Source: Opitutia bacterium (lineage in GTDB: Bacteria; Verrucomicrobiota; Verrucomicrobiia; Opitutales; Opitutaceae). Taken from it: DNA of 64,000 nucleotides. Of this stretch, positions 63,901-64,000 are shown piece by piece. The stretch spans positions 123,603-187,602 of the forward strand of contig CANJVR010000005.1 in assembly GCA_947478395.1 (NCBI GenBank). Reading direction: 5' to 3'. The first letter of the stretch is position 1; each line of letters opens with the position of its first letter. The notes beneath the pieces were generated by a model, which was not told where the DNA came from, ran no database searches, and saw nothing but the letters and a program-made list of their open reading frames with translations. A program made the position numbers and the translations under genes.

Positions 63901-64000
63901 CACCACGGTGTAGCTACCCGCGTCGCTCGTGGAGGTAGAGCTGATCGTGTACGTTGACGAAGTTGCTCCACTAATGGAGGTGCCGTCTTTTTTCCATTGA
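60901..64000 (-). CDS. Large secreted immunoglobulin-repeat protein (5' end outside the window)
   Basis: At least 8 Ig-like units (PTITTQP...FSV.ASGTAPLTYQWKKDG...DAGSYTVVVTNSAGSATS) and two C-terminal NLSTL/NLATRA...GFVV.G...LIRAAGP domains. Frame open to the window edge. Confidence 0.9.
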   Translation of the reverse strand, partial: QWKKDGTSISGATSSTYTISSTSTSDAGSYTVVVTNSAGSATSNAATLTVAAAVIAPTITTQPSVSSGTAGSAASFTIVASGTAPLTYQWRKDGTSIGGATSSTYTISSTSTSDAGSYTVVVTNSAGSATSNAVTLTVAAAVVAPTITTQPGASSVTTGGAASFSVGASGTAPLTYQWKKDGTSIGGATSSTYTISSTSTSDAGSYTVVVTNSAGSATSNAATLTVAAAVIAPTITTQPNAVSLQAGGAANFSVSASGTTPFTYLWKKDGVAITGATSSTYTINSTASSDAGSFTVVVSNSVGSATSNAATLALVTTVTAPSITSHPGAASVTAGNAASFSVAASGTSPFTYQWKKDGMSISWATSSTHSINSTSTSDAGNYTVVVTNSAGSATSNAATLTVAAAVVAPTITTQPNSVSVQTDGAASFSVVASGTAPLSYQWRKDGAPIGGATNSTYTVSSASVISAGNYTVVVNNGAGSVTSNSAALTVVSTSNTLSIVTQPTSVSILLGQNATFSVLADGAAPIKYEWKKDGAPIAGATGSTLRLVNVTAAQAGSYSVLVTSSSGSVTSNSATLTVNSPLTITANPTSRSAAIGDALASAFNVTATAASGVTLTYQWRKDGVNIPGATSSTLGLTSIKAADFGTYSVTVSSPTGTITSSSAALYRVSDPVVAPVITREPKGITIKAGSSLILSVAASGSPAPTYQWQLNGTAVPGATAATLVLTDILASQAGSYNVVVTNSAGSATSKSATVVINDGFGRQLNLSTLGYVGTGGDILIPGFVVAGNRVKRLLIRAAGPALGQFGVSDVLADPQLSIFKGSVEWLRNDNWSSDAANAASVVAAGNSVGAFALTAGSKDSALVVSLDPGAYSIQVSGVGGTTGKAIVEAYDLDAADPDKSRLVNLATRALVQAGAGPLISGFVVQGAVAKAVLIRATGPALAGFGVTGTLALPKLTVFDSTSTPIAENTGWESSGVSDQIIAASQSVGAFALTRGTADSVVLAVLSPGSYTAQVIGADGGSGVTLVEVYELP
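63285..64000 (-). repeat. 264-bp intragenic tandem repeats, near-identical in long stretches
   Basis: GCTGTTGGTCACCACCACGGTGTAGCTACCCGCGTCGCTCGTGGAGGTAGAGCTGATCGTGTA recurs at 63361, 63625 and 63889 (period 264 bp = 88 aa). Confidence 0.9.

Noticed and set aside
63285..64000. Regularly spaced repeats as a CRISPR array
   Set aside because: The period is 264 bp, in frame within an Ig-domain CDS, with no unique spacers and no cas genes.

Overview
High-GC bacterial chromosome segment. Gene content and style suggest Opitutaceae (Verrucomicrobiota); this is an inference from the long GreA, the Opitutus-type TonB receptor and the Ig-repeat protein with RLVNLSTR-type domains. Housekeeping genes dominate: greA, tolB, mrp, rpmG, nuoA, dnaG-rpoD, tatA, mreBCD-mrdA, tdk, hflX, glgP, mutL, argH, tRNA-Arg(TCT) and tRNA-Asp(GTC). 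These are mixed with plant-polysaccharide and sugar genes (CE7 esterase, TonB-dependent receptor, GH28, araFGH, DUF5107-TPR, MFS). The main non-obvious features are: (i) a nonsense-inactivated RAYT/Y1 transposase flanked by inverted GTAG-REPs between mreB and mreC; (ii) at least three dispersed non-coding repeat families; (iii) repeat-like DNA read in frame inside four protein genes; (iv) a PTS-EIIA-fused DacZ-type diadenylate cyclase near a two-RCK_C antiporter; (v) a ~180-nt rod-shaped RNA (6S candidate) between the tRNAs; (vi) a probable island edge at tRNA-Asp. No CRISPR array, prophage or recognisable defence system was seen, and no wholly new multi-gene system could be established. All calls come from reading the sequence; no searches were run.
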